Below are positions 35,780 through 50,201 of a stretch of DNA of 63,722 nucleotides, one piece after another (position 1 is the stretch's first letter; every line of letters starts with the position of its first letter). The notes beneath the pieces are model-generated. The model searched no databases, was not told where the DNA came from, and saw nothing but the letters and a program-made list of their open reading frames with translations. The stretch lies in contig JAKMXF010000036.1 in the NCBI GenBank assembly GCA_024704765.1, forward strand, positions 1 to 63,722. The letters are read 5' to 3'. This DNA comes from Oopsacas minuta (lineage: Eukaryota > Animalia > Porifera). Made by a program: the position numbers and the translations under genes.

Positions 35780-36695
35780 TTTAAACCTTGAAACACATTT
35801 TGGTTCTACATACAACTAATCATATACGATAGAAAAGATATTCACGACATAAATAACATCTTGTTAATATAGAGTATATGGTAGGAGAGCGATTTATAAT
35901 CGAATTAGAGATTACTATTTAATATTTAAAACATTCCAACAAATATTCGAAGTTAGTATCAACCACAATACAGACTTGATCTCAGATATTTAGCAGGCAA
36001 ATACATTACACATTTAGACTTAGGTAGCTAGAATAATCATACTAGCTGCCCACGTCTATTAAACCCTCACAATGTTTCACTGAATTGTAATAATTTCTAA
36101 ATGATTTAGCAGCAAATAGATTAAAGTATAGAATTTCCATCAATCATAGGGTAGGAGAGAAGGGGGGTTGGGAGGGGCAGGTATGCTTTTGAATATTTCA
36201 AAAGCAGTGTTACAATTTTTGGAAGCCAAATTTATTAATCTACTAAGCCATATGCCACAACCTCATTAAAAACAGCGTGGAGATCGCATTAGCAACTATC
36301 TTTTTGTTTGTAAGGGAACAACTATTCCACTAGATAAAATTGCTAAATGAGAATATTGAATAGGAAAAGGCTGATGAACGGTGAGAAATCTCTAGGATAG
36401 TTTTGAATTACTTCTTAGAAAATAAAATTGTATTCTACACCAAATTACCCCCTGAGAAGGCGTTGAAATCTAGTTTCTAGTATCGTAGCAGTTTAGAGCA
36501 ATTTCTATACGAATATTCAAATTTTAAATACACATATTTGGACAATTATATTCATAAAAACAAAAGTAAATTTACATATCAGGAACCGAAAATGCGAAAT
36601 TCGGAATGAGAGTACTTTGTACACCTAACTTAAGAACCAAATCTCTAGCATCAATTTCAAATATGTGCAAAAAGGTGTGAAAATATGATAAATCA

Positions 36696-36937
36696 TAGAT
36701 ATAGATAGATATAGAAGAATAGATATAGATAAATAGATATAGATATAGATAGATATAGATAGATATAGATATAGATATAGATAGATATAGATATAGATAG
36801 ATATAGATATAGATATAGATAGATATAGATATAGATAGATATAGATAGATATAGATATAGATATAGATATAGATAGATATAGATATAGATATAGATAGAT
36901 ATAGATAAATAGAAAGATATAGATAGATATAGATATA
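36696..36937. repeat. Compound (ATAG)n/(ATATAG)n microsatellite
   Basis: About 240 bp of interleaved atag/atatag units. Confidence 0.97.
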
Positions 36938-37105
36938 CAGTAGAACTCGGATAAGACGTACACTCGGTTAAGACGTACTATTTCTTATATCCCAAAATAT
37001 CAGTATCATTTTTGTAATGCAAACATATTCGGATAAGACGTACACTCGGTTAAGATGTACTAATTTCTGTTTCCCGAGGGGGTACGTCTTATCCGAGTTC
37101 TACTG
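36938..37105. mobile_element. 168-bp TA-flanked MITE (CAGTAGAAC family)
   Basis: Perfect 24-bp TIR CAGTAGAACTCGGATAAGACGTAC, TA on both sides, internal direct repeat of the TIR motif. Confidence 0.9.
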
Positions 37106-38718
37106 TAGATATAGATTTGAAAATGTCAAATTTGAGATCTACATACTCGATTACCCCTGACTAGCAGTGAGAACGAAATCTCTTGCATGGTGTAGAATAA
37201 TATGCATTTCATACTTGAGGTGCAAATCTCTGACCCAAAATGTATAGGTGTACCAATTTTCATGTGAATCACACTGCTAGATTTCGCACGGTTTCACTAA
37301 CCGCGTCTCCGATAGAACATTAATATTACAAAGTCCAGTGCCCAGTTTTAGGATAAATTCCTGTCTCCCATATATATTTTGATGAAAGCAAAGTATTTGC
37401 AATAACTATTGAGGGTAACATAACTACAAATCGACAATAAACAATAAAATGATATGTCAACAACAAATCAATTAAATCCAACTGGAGTAATGTTTCCTTC
37501 TCTGCCACTATGTCTATAATGAATAATTAGAATACAAGAAATCTCATTAAGAATTACGTATGCTATAAGGATATAAAATATTGACAGTCACACAATATTA
37601 TAATTACATTTAATATAATTATAATGCAAAACATGTAACTCTACCTGCTGTTAATGACAAAGTAACGAGATAGTTCAGTCATGCAATACTAAAGTTTGTT
37701 ACTCATATACTCACTCGCAGTTACTGAACTTGATTCTGTGTGCAGAAAAACAGCTTTTCAACGAGTCTTTTACATACACAATCGCATTCTATTGTAAGTG
37801 GATATTCCTCAAATTTGCATTTTAGAATATAATGATGTGGAATCAATAATTTTTCTTCATTCTGATACTAGTATGACCACTCAAAAGTATTAATTAAATA
37901 TAAGGCAAGACGAGTTGCACAAAATTAGAGCCAGTACTGAATGAATGTATATATACTCGTTCAATGTTAATTTAATCTATTTGAAATTCTTGTGCAGGGA
38001 GATGTCCTGATGGCTTGGGTGATGTGCGACGTCCGTCCATTGGCACTTCGAGTATGAATTTATTATAAAGTGAAATATTCACAGCTTATTGTTTAGGGTG
38101 ATTATCATAACTAACACCTTTTATGTAAAATCATAGCCTAAAAGTCGAATACATTTTAGCGATAGGTTTCAACTTGTTGTCAGGGGTAATTGGGTGCGTA
38201 GAGTCCGATTTTGATATTTCCAGAACCTGAAAATACAAATTCACAGATTCATCATATAAGTAATTACTTTTCACACCCTGTTGTAGACGTTTCAGCTGTT
38301 AGTCAGGCGTAATCAAGGGTGTAGAATACAATTTTGATATTTTGAAATCTATATCCACATGATTTATCATATGATTAATCATTTTTTCACACAATTGGTA
38401 TATATTTTAAAATGATGCTAGAAATTTCGTTAAACGGCTAGTCATTTGTGAGGGGAACATCGATTGAACATACCGCTAGCTGCACTCCCAGTCTGTCGGC
38501 TGGATATTTTTAAATCGATTCAACTTAATCTAATGTACCTTAAAGACAGATAAACAGACATAAATCTAGACAGACAGACAGCAAGACAAAAATCGAGATT
38601 TCGGGAACTACTACTACTATGAGACAAGAAGTGGTGTGACATCAACGATTAATTGACATATTTTGACATTTCATGGACACTTATAGATAAGATCAATAGT
38701 CACAAAAATTTAACAGAT

Positions 38719-39328
38719 ACGAGCCTTTGGCTCGTCGCTTCGCAATGAACTCGGCGCATTGCGCCTCGAGGTATTCAACAGACAAACAAGCAGGCAAACA
38801 ACAATTGAGATTGGATAATATTGATGTTGTTAACGATATTCAAACTCAGCATACTCGAGTATATCAGTATAGTCGTTGAAGGTGTGATTCTACCTCAATT
38901 TTGAAATTTGTTTACTTTATATTCATAAAAACAACAATAAATTTACATATGAGAAACTCGAAAATGCGAAATTCAGATTCAGCGTATTGTGTTACCCCTG
39001 TGTAGCCGTTTAGAGCAAGCCTGTACGTATATTTTGAAATTTGGATAATTTGAGTATTTTGTATTTATAAAACAACAATAAATTTACAAATGATTAATTC
39101 AAAAGTGTGAAAATCGGATTCAACATGTTCGATATATTTGGTGAAGTTTTATTGATATCTATTTACTTCCTTGATAAACACGATTAATACATAGTTGTGC
39201 GAGAATTTCAAAATTGCATACCGTAAATCCTTTCCTTGACAACGGACAAACAAACAAACAAACAAACAAACAAACAAGCAGACAAACAAACAAACAAACA
39301 GACTATGATTGAGATTTAATAATATAGA
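38719..39328 (-). mobile_element. Helitron-like repeat, copy 3
   Basis: Same hairpin end (cgagcctttggctcgtcgcttcgc) and same terminus (gagatttaataatatagat); (CAAA)n expanded at ~39247..39300. Confidence 0.6.
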
Positions 39329-39634
39329 TTGGATCTAGGTAAGCTATAATAAATAATTATATAATCATTATGCCTAACTAGCATATGGGTCAGAAATAAT
39401 GTCTCACGTTGTACTTTGTGTTAGAATACTGATGGTACAGCGTTGTTGTGACAGTAAAGGTTCAATACAAATAAAATTAATCAAATCACATCATAATTGA
39501 TATAATTAAACATCGGTCTTTATATAACAATCTGATAAAAGTATTACACAATTGGATCAGTTGTATAAAACTGGCAGATTTCAAATGTCTTCATATATTA
39601 TATACTGGGGCTAATAAATTAATGGACAGAAATA

Positions 39635-39784
39635 CAGTAGAACTAAGGTTAGTACGTACTTTTCTCCATAACAGATTATAATTCTTGTACTAATTGTATA
39701 GGGAAATATTCGGATAAGAGGTAATTCAGTAGTACGTACTAATTTATATTTCCCGAGGGGGTGTGTCTTATCCTAGTTCTACTG
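39635..39784. mobile_element. Diverged CAGTAGAAC-family MITE
   Basis: TA-CAGTAGAACTA...TAGTTCTACTG-TA; the interior (ttcccgagggg) matches 36938..37105. Confidence 0.8.
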
Positions 39785-40375
39785 TAGTATTTTTTGAATT
39801 TCCACAATTTAAGGAATAAAACGAATAATCTATTGTTCTGAGAAAGTATCCATCGAAAAGAAATCCTTGAAATTGGGAGTAAAATGCGAATCAATATAAA
39901 ACCCCTGGGCTAGAGGATCCCGATGTATTTCAAAGTGAGATCTTTTGTGGTCTTGATCGGAACGAATTCTCTAGAACAATACTTTTTGTTTGTAAAAACA
40001 TAATCGCTAAACCTGACCAAATAGTACATATTTCAACAAGATTAGATTAGATCCTCGAATTGTTTTCGATCTATTTTTGTGAAGAGAAAGGAGTTGAATG
40101 TGTACTCGAAACGAATAAATATTTCATTCAAATTAGATCAAAGAATACTGTAGTATCGGAACAGAGAACACATATCAAAAATAAGATACTTGTAATTTGG
40201 TATTTCTATCAGTACGGTCTATTTCCCTAAATAATCTGAAATATAGAACAGTAAAATATATTAAGTTATAAAAATACAAAAAACAAACATGGATAAATTA
40301 TAAAACGTATAAACTCTAATAGTTAAATATTCTAAAATTATATTATTAAGAATTAGAGAATAGTAACAGATAACC

Positions 40376-43300
40376 TCATTCATTTCCACCTGCAAATAGA
40401 TCGAATCTAGCTTGGTAAGTAATACAAGGCCCCTCAGTGAAGAGAGTAGCTCCTGCACAGTTAAGGAAGCAGTCATCAGCATACGTAACTCCATTGATAC
40501 CGCATACCAGCTGGTTGGCAGCGGGTGTCGGGCAATCGCAGGAGAGACACTGTCCGAGTGTGTAAGGAACTCCATAGCATTTGTCCTGTTGAGGGAGTAC
40601 AGGGATAGTGCGGTTAAAGAATCGGGTCGGGACGCAGCCCAGATCTGATTCACATTTAAAGAAAGGAGTTCGTCTCTCAATATAACAGCTATCTCCAGTG
40701 GTTTGTAGTGGAGTACAATAACGGACAAGTAAGTTATTAGAAAATACATTATGTAAATCTGAAATAGCTGAAAAGGATAGTGCTACGTCAAATATGTGCA
40801 GCTTGTAAATAATTCCCTCAAAATTGAATTCATCTGTGCCAGGTCTACCCCCTATAGTCAATCTGTTGATTTCTGGAGTAAACACAACCCTGTTGTTTAT
40901 CTTAACACATCCTCTGGGAAGTCCATCAACATACAGGTAAACAAATCGTGAATTATCTGCTTGTAAGAGAACAACGGCCATTGTATGGTCTAATTCATCA
41001 TCTACTGTGATGTTAGAGAATATAGCATAGTCATGAAATCCTGTTTTAGATTTATATACGAACCAAACTGTGTTAGAAGTTCCTCTCAGATATAAACCGA
41101 AATCTCTAGCATGTGCTGATACTCCCTTAGCCACAATGTAACCCTCGTTATCAAATAATTGTCTGAATGTAACGAATATAGTTAGATCAAGAGTGAGGAT
41201 TGGTCGTTTCGTGATGGATATAGTGATCGGGTCGAAGCCAAAGAATTCAGTCTCCTCCTCAAGTAGCGCATACCTGAATGCGTGGAAATAAGGATCAAAG
41301 ACTGCAGGCAGAAGTGAATGACCATCTCGAGGCAAATATTCTCCACAAGCGTGACCAGACGGACAGTTAGAATTTATAGAACATTCTTGAGTGTTGCTAA
41401 TCGGGGAACATGTGTATACTCCACTCAAACCTCGTGATGGATATCGTGAGCTATCACAGCGTGTTTTGGTGGCAAATGAGTGATGCTGTGTAGGTACTGA
41501 TGGTTTGTAATGGGGACGGGATATACAAATATCACTTGTTACGTCACCACGACATCTACCTGTGCCATCGTATACTATAGGCCCTTCATCATGTAGTTTT
41601 GTTATCTACGAAACAATTGATAAAGTAATTATCGTGCTTTGCCTTAGCAGGCGATTACAAAAAATGTTTTTTATACTATCTGTCATCTACCACAACCTTT
41701 GAAAACATGTATTGTCGACAGACGCCAGTTACAATCATCACATATTATTCATATTAGGATTATTTATAATTGAATATATGAATAATTATATCTTACATAT
41801 TAATTTGTCGATGTTTTCTTTTACAGTGCTGACTATACTTTAGTATAAGGCTCAGTATTGACCTCAGCGGAAAGTTTGTTCGTTTTTTTAAAGTATCAAC
41901 CTACAGCCCACACCGTTTATGATTAAGAGCTGAAAAGTTGTCAATGGGTTCATTGTGACATGTCGAATTGCACCTCTGGATAAAACAACGCCACCATAGC
42001 GGTGGTGATGACAATGGTGACATCACGGAATTCTACAATGCTCATAAATGCAGCGACACGTGGCGCGTGGTGCAAAGAAATACAAGTACATTCTTGACCA
42101 TTTCACAAATTGTACTTCATTAATGATTAATGCGATATATACTGACCATGGAACAGCTATTCCCAATTTCCGCGTTGTTTTTATGCTTGATATGCATATA
42201 TATAACCAATAGTACGTCATTAAGAATACAAACTGCACCAGAAGACACGAAGTGTTCGCGTACCGCGCAGCGGAAGTAAGCAAAGCTTGCTTGTTATGAT
42301 AACACAACATGGAAATATTGACCCCAGTTGAAGATCTATGCAATATAATGTCAGATAATAAGCTTGGTTGCATGTCAGAATGGCTACCTGAATTATTGGT
42401 ACTGTGGTTATCGCTTATAAGAACACCCATGGGAGTAGCAAATAGGGATCGACTAGGAATCCGGGTTAATTCCCTATTTTTCCGGGATCTGGTCGGGAAA
42501 TTATGACACCATTACATAATGAAACTCCTATTGAATAAATATTCAAACGAATGTTTATGTATTAATGGTTAAAAGTATAATTTCACCGCACGGTTAATTT
42601 CGTTATTTACTTTGCCACTGTTGTATACCAGAATCAAACAAACCATGGATATATAATATCTATGCTAGTTTCACATATAAGTACTAGTATTTAGACAGAA
42701 TACCTATATGTTCAAACATGATGCCCAACCTCCATCCTGTTCCGTAACCGGCCATCCCGTTACGTCATGCTGAATCACCCAAACCATGGTTAACGGTCTC
42801 CAAACTTAAACACCGGTTATGGATATCCGTGGTACCAATAATACAGGGTGAGGCCAAGTTTTAGGAAACAAAATCAAACCAGGGGTCCACGGTGCGAAAT
42901 TGCTGCTACCTCTATGCAATTAAAAAAACGGTCTCCACCACTAAACCTGGGGGTGGTCCAAACTCCCCAGGTACCCAAACTTGGCGTCTATGAATACAGT
43001 AGCAATTATGTCGGGAAACTGTAATATGTCCGAATGGGATAAGTCTGCATTCCATTCTGTAGTATAAATTTGTCGGAATTCAACTCCACAAAAACTTACA
43101 ATATGAATAACCAGAAATTTAGGAAAAAGTTACATTTTTGATCCTCAGAAATATTCAATGATTGCTATAACCAATCTTATGGTCGTTTTACATTAATGCG
43201 ATAGTAAATACTGAATATACTAACCTGTGATTGTGTGAGACCGAAGGGATACAAAAATACGTACTCCATCCATCCAGTGAATTTAAACAAGTTCTCTATT

Positions 43301-46300
43301 CTTCCTCCCACGAACATAACTCTACTATTCTTCCTCTCGCCTAGAATGTAATCTGGGGTCCCTGTAAGTGGCTGAGTATCCACCATCACACCATTTTTGA
43401 AGAAAATAGCCTCACTATTAGTAAAGTTGAGGACGACTGCGATAGTATGAACAGAGGGACCTCTTACATCAAAAGATGTTACCTGGATTTTAGTATAGCT
43501 GCTAGCACCTGCTCTGGTGTAGAATAGGTATGCAGTTGAGGAGTTATAATCCAAGAATAATCCCAGATTCCTATAAACTGTTGAAGATCCAATGAACATA
43601 ACATATCCTTCATCATATTTAGTTTGTCTAAGTTTAGCAACTATCGTGACGTCACCTACTATTTCAGGCTGTATCTCACGTTCAAAAGGAAGAAGCATGT
43701 CTCCATCAAATACAAGAGGTTCAGACAACAGGACGTACACGGGCTTAAGATAAGTGAAGTTTCTATGGCAAAGACAACTCATACAGTCTTTGTCAGAAGT
43801 ACACCCCATGCCAGCTGGACAAACAACTGTTCCATTCATTGATACGTTACAAGTAGATCCAGTCACGCCAGCTGGACAGGCACAGGAGAAGTTCCCGATA
43901 TTATTAATACAAGTACCGAGATTACAAATATTGGGTACAGTCAAACACTCATTAACATCTTCTCCACAATTATTACCAGTAAACCCAGAGGGACAAACAC
44001 ACTCATAACTACCAGGGATATTGTTACAAATTCCTGAATTAAGACAAGGAAACAGAGTATTGCACTCATCTATATCTGTCTCACATAGGCTACCTGTAAA
44101 TCCAGTATTCGTGCAATTACAAGTGAAAGAACCTGATTCATCAATACAACTGCCTGCATTACATATTATCGTATTAAGACACTCATTAATATCATCTGTA
44201 CAATTCCTCCCTTTAAAACCAGTGTTCGAACAATTACACGTGTAACTGCCTAGAATATTCCTACAAGTACCAGGCGTACACAGTGTTGTATCGAGACACT
44301 CATTGATATCATCTACACAGTTATTACCTGTAATACCAGCTCTGCAAACACAAGTATAACTACCTGGTGTATCTATACAGGTGCTATTGTTACATAGGTC
44401 AGGTATATCAGTACATTCATCAATGTTAATAGAACAGTTATCACCTGTGTAGCCAGGGAAACAGTTGCAGTTGTAGGAGCCTGGTGTATCTGTACAATTA
44501 CCATTGTTACAGATATTTGTATCTTCGAAACATTCATCAATATTAACAGTACAGTTTTCTCCTCTATAGCCAGTACCTGTACAATCACAAAAATAACTAC
44601 CAAATAAGTTATTACAATCACCTGAAGAACATAGACCGAATATAGTATTACACTCATTCACATCTTCATCACAGAGCTGAGATTTATAACCAACAAAACA
44701 ACTACAAGAGAAGCTACCTTGTGTATTATTACAAGTCCCATTATTACAGATATCAGGAATATCACATTCTATAATATCGATATCACATAGCAAGCCTGTA
44801 TATCCAGCATTACACTCACAGGTGAAAGATCCTAGTGTGTTATTACAAACTCCATTGTTACATTGGTTCGGCATCAAGCATTCATCTATATCTATCTCGC
44901 AATTTTCACCAGTATATCCTGTATTATTACAACTACAAGAGTAGTAAGGAGCTATGTTTGAACAAGTTCCGTTATTCTGACAAATAGGAGGAACTTGGTT
45001 ACACTCATTTACGTCAATATCACAATTTGAGCCTACGAATCCAGTAGAAGTACAGTTACACAAATAAGTCCCCTCTTTATCAATGCATTGGCCGGTACCA
45101 CAAATAGTAGGCGTTATTTCACACTCATTGATGTTAATTTCGCAATTATCTCCTTCATAACCAGTGTTTGTACAATTACAGTCATATAATCCAGGACTAT
45201 TGATACAAGACCCATTGTTCTTGCATAAAGAGGGTAATATGAGACACTCGTTAATGTCTTGAGAGCATATTAGACCTGTGTAACCGGTATTAGCACAATT
45301 GCATAAGAAACTCCCATTAGTATTGCTACACACCCCATTATTCATACACACACTCGGATCAAATGAACATTCATTAATATCTACTGTACACAATTCTCCA
45401 ATAAACCCAGTTTCTGTGCAGTTACAACCAAAACTTCCTTCTGAATCAATGCAAACACCTGGCTGACACAATATAGCATCTACAGTACATTCATCTATGT
45501 TATTTTCACAGTTTATGCCTTCAAATCCTGTATAAGAACAATTACATAAGTAACTACCAATTGTATTTGTACATACTCCGTTGTTTTGACATAATCCTGG
45601 TTGTTCATTGCATTCATCGATCTCTTCTTTACATAACATGCCCCTGTGTCCAGTTTCAGTGCAATTACATAAGAAGCTTCCATCAGCATCAGTACACACT
45701 CCAGGAGAACATAAATCTACGTTTTCTGTACATTCATTCACATTGTTTTGACAGTTATCTCCTTCATAACCAGTAGCAGTACAATTACATAAATAGCTAC
45801 CTATTGTATTAGTGCATACACCTTGATTGAGACAAATAGCAGGAACAAAATCACATTCGTTCACATCAGTAAAACATCGTACACCAGTGTATCCAACTGG
45901 GCAACTGCAAGAAAAACCTCCAAATGTATTATTGCATACACCTGTGTTGCAATAAGTAGGATCAGTACACTCATTCACATCAAATCCACATTTAGATCCC
46001 TCGAAGAATTCAGTACAACTGCAATTAAAGGTGAAACCTGAAATTGAGCATACTCCCCCATTCTGACAGGTATTATTATCGTTTGGACTGAATCCACATG
46101 GATCTATCAGAAAGATGGAATAATAAGCATTTAGTGTACCCTTGTATACATTCTCAAAGTTATTAGGACCATCTTCATACATTTCCTTAGAGAAATAGCT
46201 GATTGATAACTCTTCATTTCTATTTTCTGGATAACGTTTCACTTCAGTGTTGCTATTAATGGGGAAAGTGAAGCTATTGGTTGAATGATCAATATTCAGT

Positions 46301-49300
46301 CTGTTACCTTCCTCAAAGAGATCATAAATGAAAGAATTAATAGTAAATCCTGGAAAGAATGAGTAAGTGATGGTGAAAGCCATAATATTAAGAGGAGTAG
46401 TTGGAGGGAATGTAAGTATAACAGGATATAAAGAAGGATCTGGTGTCAGGGGGAGTGCTATAGTGAAACTGAATTGTACTTCTATAACACCAGTCAGAGA
46501 AGGATCTGAAGGAGCAATAATGTATTAAGAAATAATGGAAACAAATGTTAGAAAAATGCAGCTTGAGGGGACCACAAGGCGGAACCAACACTAGGGTTAT
46601 GATAATAAGCACAAAGATTTAAAATTAGACGCAAAAAGGTGTGAAGTAAATGATAAAACCCTGGACAATCTATACCACAAATAGTCTCCTTTTCAATTGT
46701 TTTTCGAAAAACCAATTATTGACAGAATACTCATTTCAGAATATTTTCTATTTCTTTACAATAATCCGATGATAAGTTTTCATTTGTTCATCTTCGTTAG
46801 TATTTAGGAATACCTGAGATTCAAATTTCCAACAATTCAGCATATACGTAGATTGGCCGATTATTGGAATTTTCGAAAATCTATAAGGTGAAAATTACGT
46901 CATTATTTAGTTAAAAGTATGAATTTTGCCAAACTATATGGTGAACCCATGACCCATCCAAAAAATGATGTACCATGTTGCGCATGGGTCTGTGACTCAT
47001 TTGCAGCTCTGCTTCAATCAATTTTCGATATACTAACATATAAATGTATAGATTAATACCGATTCAATAGTATAGACAATTATTTAAAAACTCACCTAGA
47101 TCGCTGGTGTATGCCATTTCTACAACTCCTAAATAATCTCTAATAACTATAGGAGGTTGAATAGTACTAGTAATTGCACGTCCTGTTGTGTTATCAATAG
47201 AAATAGAATCAGGATCTCCAATCAAAGGCTTGATAGAGTATACAACCGTAAAATTTGGTGTAATAGTTCCTGCAGTAAACAGATAGAGACCTCCAACTCT
47301 ACTATTAGTGGTTGTAGCAGTATATTCAGTTGCATTTGATTGGATAGCATCATATACCTATAGAACAATCGTATATAATGAATCGTCGTGGTGACGTAAT
47401 CAACGGCAGAGCCAGGAATTTTGAAAAAGCGGAGGGATTGCAACACAAACCGCAGCCTAGATCTGCTCTTGCTAATACAGTTGAAATCAGATTTTGCTTC
47501 TTTTCGCGTGCCTTTTGAGGGGCAAAACACCCCATTTCGACTACACATTTGTTATTCTTGATTGTTCAATGGTAATCATGAAAATCCTATCAAATTGAGT
47601 TCGTATTATCTATGCTACTAAATGGAATTAATCTGTATGTTTATTTATTAATCGCATATTCGGAATTTGGATTGTTTGGATTGTTTGGATTACTTTTATT
47701 CCTCTAGTGCTTGCCTATTATCGGTTTGTTAATTATGAAACGAATAAATACAAAATAATTAATCTGTATGTACAGGGTGGCTCCAAAGTTCTGATACAAA
47801 ATCACGATTAATATACAACCATTATCAGGAATTATTCTCAATCGTTTGCTCTTCTATGACATACCTTATACGCTTCCTACCATTAGTATTTCAATTTGGT
47901 GTATTCTATTTCGAAAAAAAATTGTGATTGACGATGGAATCTGAGAGGTCAGCAATTATTGAGTTGCATGTAGCGGGAAAAAGTCCATCAGAAATTTCGA
48001 AACTGCTGAATATTGCAAAAGGACATAGGGCATTATCTACAGGACGATAAATCGATATAAGGAAACTAGGGACACTGTAGAGAAGCAGAGATCTTGTCGT
48101 CCATGATCTGTAACGACCCAGGTCTTAAGAAAGGGGTGCGAGAACGGTTTCGGCGGAACCTCACCATCCGATGAGGATAATGGCCTTGGGAGCTAAATAT
48201 ATCTCGCCGAGCAATACAAAAGGTTGTCAAAAGGGACCTAGGAATGCGCTCCTTTAAACGCAAAAAGGTACAGTTCCTATCTGGGTCGGTGAAAGAAAAG
48301 AGAGTATCCGGGAGCAAGAGCCTACTTGCTCTACACGCTATTGGGGTTCTTGAAAATATCCTTTTCTCAGATGAGAAAATTTTCACCATAGAAGAGGCTA
48401 CAAATAGCCAAAACGACAGAGTCATCTCGACCTTAGTTTCAGCGATCCCTGATAAGTTCAGATATATCAGTCGGATGAAGAAACCGCTATCGGTGATGGT
48501 TTGGGCTGGGGTCTCTGCTGTTGGCCGGACACCACTGATTTTTATCTCCTCAGGAGTGAAATCAATGCCAAAACATACTGAGAGCTTGTATTAGAGCCTG
48601 TGGTAAAAGGTCTGAGCCAGACCATGTTTTCTGGACAGCCATTTGTCTTCCAACAAGATGGTGCCCCCGCCCATACGGCCAATACGACCCAAGATTGGCT
48701 GAAGCACAATACTCCCAATTGTATACACAAGGATAAATGGCCACTATCAGTCCCGATTTAAATCCCATGGACTTTTCCGTATGGTCTATCTTGGAAAACA
48801 AGGCTTGTTCTGTGTCACATAACACAGTTAGCTCTCTAAAGATTTCCTTGTGTCGAGAATGGGAGAAGATACCCCAAGAAACTCTGCGTGCCGCAGTAGA
48901 AGGATTCCCAAACAGAATCAGGGCTGTCATTTCCAAAAAGGGTGGTTGTATTGAATAAATGACTAGGCAATATCTTCCTAATAGTATGTATTAATTATAT
49001 ATAGAAAATCAATAATGTAGGTCATGCTGAAAAATATTATAACAAAATGGTTTGTATCAGAACTTTGGAGCCACCCTGTATGTATACGTATACGAATTTT
49101 AGCTGGGCATGAATAACTGAGGATACGCAGCGATCTAACAATCGAAACGCGCTAGTAAGATATTCATTGTAAATAATTGAATATTGTAAACAAACCTACC
49201 GTGAAGTTGTATGGAACATTCACTGTTGATAGAACGTCTACACCGTTTTGAATCAACTGAACCTTAATAGATCCTGAATACGTTCGCACTTCATTGGGGG

Positions 49301-50201
49301 GACTAGCAATAACAACAGAAACAATTCCTGTACCAGGATGCACAGTAATGAAAAGATCGTCACTTGTAGTGCCGCGTGCATAAAATAAATCTAAATTGGA
49401 TGCCTGTGGACAGGTGACTGTTACAGATATTGTGAATAAAAAATTTCCAGCAGTGGGACGAGTTATAAAAGCCGAGTAATTAGCCTATACAAAAAATAAT
49501 AAATATTTCAAATAAATATAGTAAATAACCGGATGGAACAGACCCAGAACAATGAAAGATTTATATTCCTGGATTTATGCATTTTCGCCAGAAATAATGA
49601 ATTTCAATAATTGTAGGAAAACATGTTGTCAATCAAGAAATTCACAAATATTATCCAAAATGTGGCAATTAATTTTAATATGCACCAATTTCGCGATATA
49701 GGCAAAATCTATTAGAACCAAAAGTATGAAAATCCGGCAAAAGCGGTTCCTCTCGATGATGCCACATCTCATAGGTTTATCTAGGTACTTGGTGGGTACC
49801 TAAAAGAGCCAGTTTTCAGCCACGAAAGACACAAAGTGTCGAGCGTGAGAAACAGATTTGCGGCATAAAAAAGTGCCGGTCCAGAAATATCTGGATAACC
49901 CCTGGTTTACATATAGTATGAGATGTTATTATTAAGATAGGAAACTCACAGTAATTGGATCAATTTCACATACTGCTTCGTTTTCACAATCAGGACACAA
50001 TGTGCACTCTCCTGTCGACAAATCTATATTTCCTTTCGCAAGAGTACTATCACAACAGTCAGTAACCCCAAAAATAGTGATTATACAAGAAGACCTAACA
50101 TTGTTACAGCAGTCACATTCATTGATACAAAACAGGGACTGTCCATGTGTACCATAGATAGTGGATAGAAATATAAAAACTTCAAGTAGATACAGATGCA
50201 T
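40376..50201 (-). CDS. Large secreted multidomain protein (~1769 aa): signal peptide, Cys-rich, cadherin-like x2, 19 EGF, LamG/TSPN-like x2, Kazal-like
   Basis: complement(join(40376..41605,43225..46505,47096..47357,49200..49484,49950..50201)). All GT-AG with consistent phases (0,0,1,0), 5310 nt open. C-terminus has CGINGVTYADDCFLNC. A further exon after 40389 cannot be excluded. Confidence 0.8.
47773..49078 (+). mobile_element. maT (DD37D) element in intron 2 of the large EGF gene
   Basis: Perfect 28-bp TIR CAGGGTGGCTCCAAAGTTCTGATACAAA, TA flanks. Frameshifted transposase 47934..48958 (FSDEK, QQDGAPAH, SPDLNPMDFSVW). Confidence 0.95.

Noticed and set aside
36625-36963. 112-aa ORF rich in YL/SI
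   Set aside because: It is a translation of the ATAG/ATATAG microsatellite.
43177-46383. 1068-aa and 350-aa (40376..41428) ORFs as separate genes
   Set aside because: Both lack signal peptides and join through phase-compatible GT-AG introns to the upstream signal-peptide exon.
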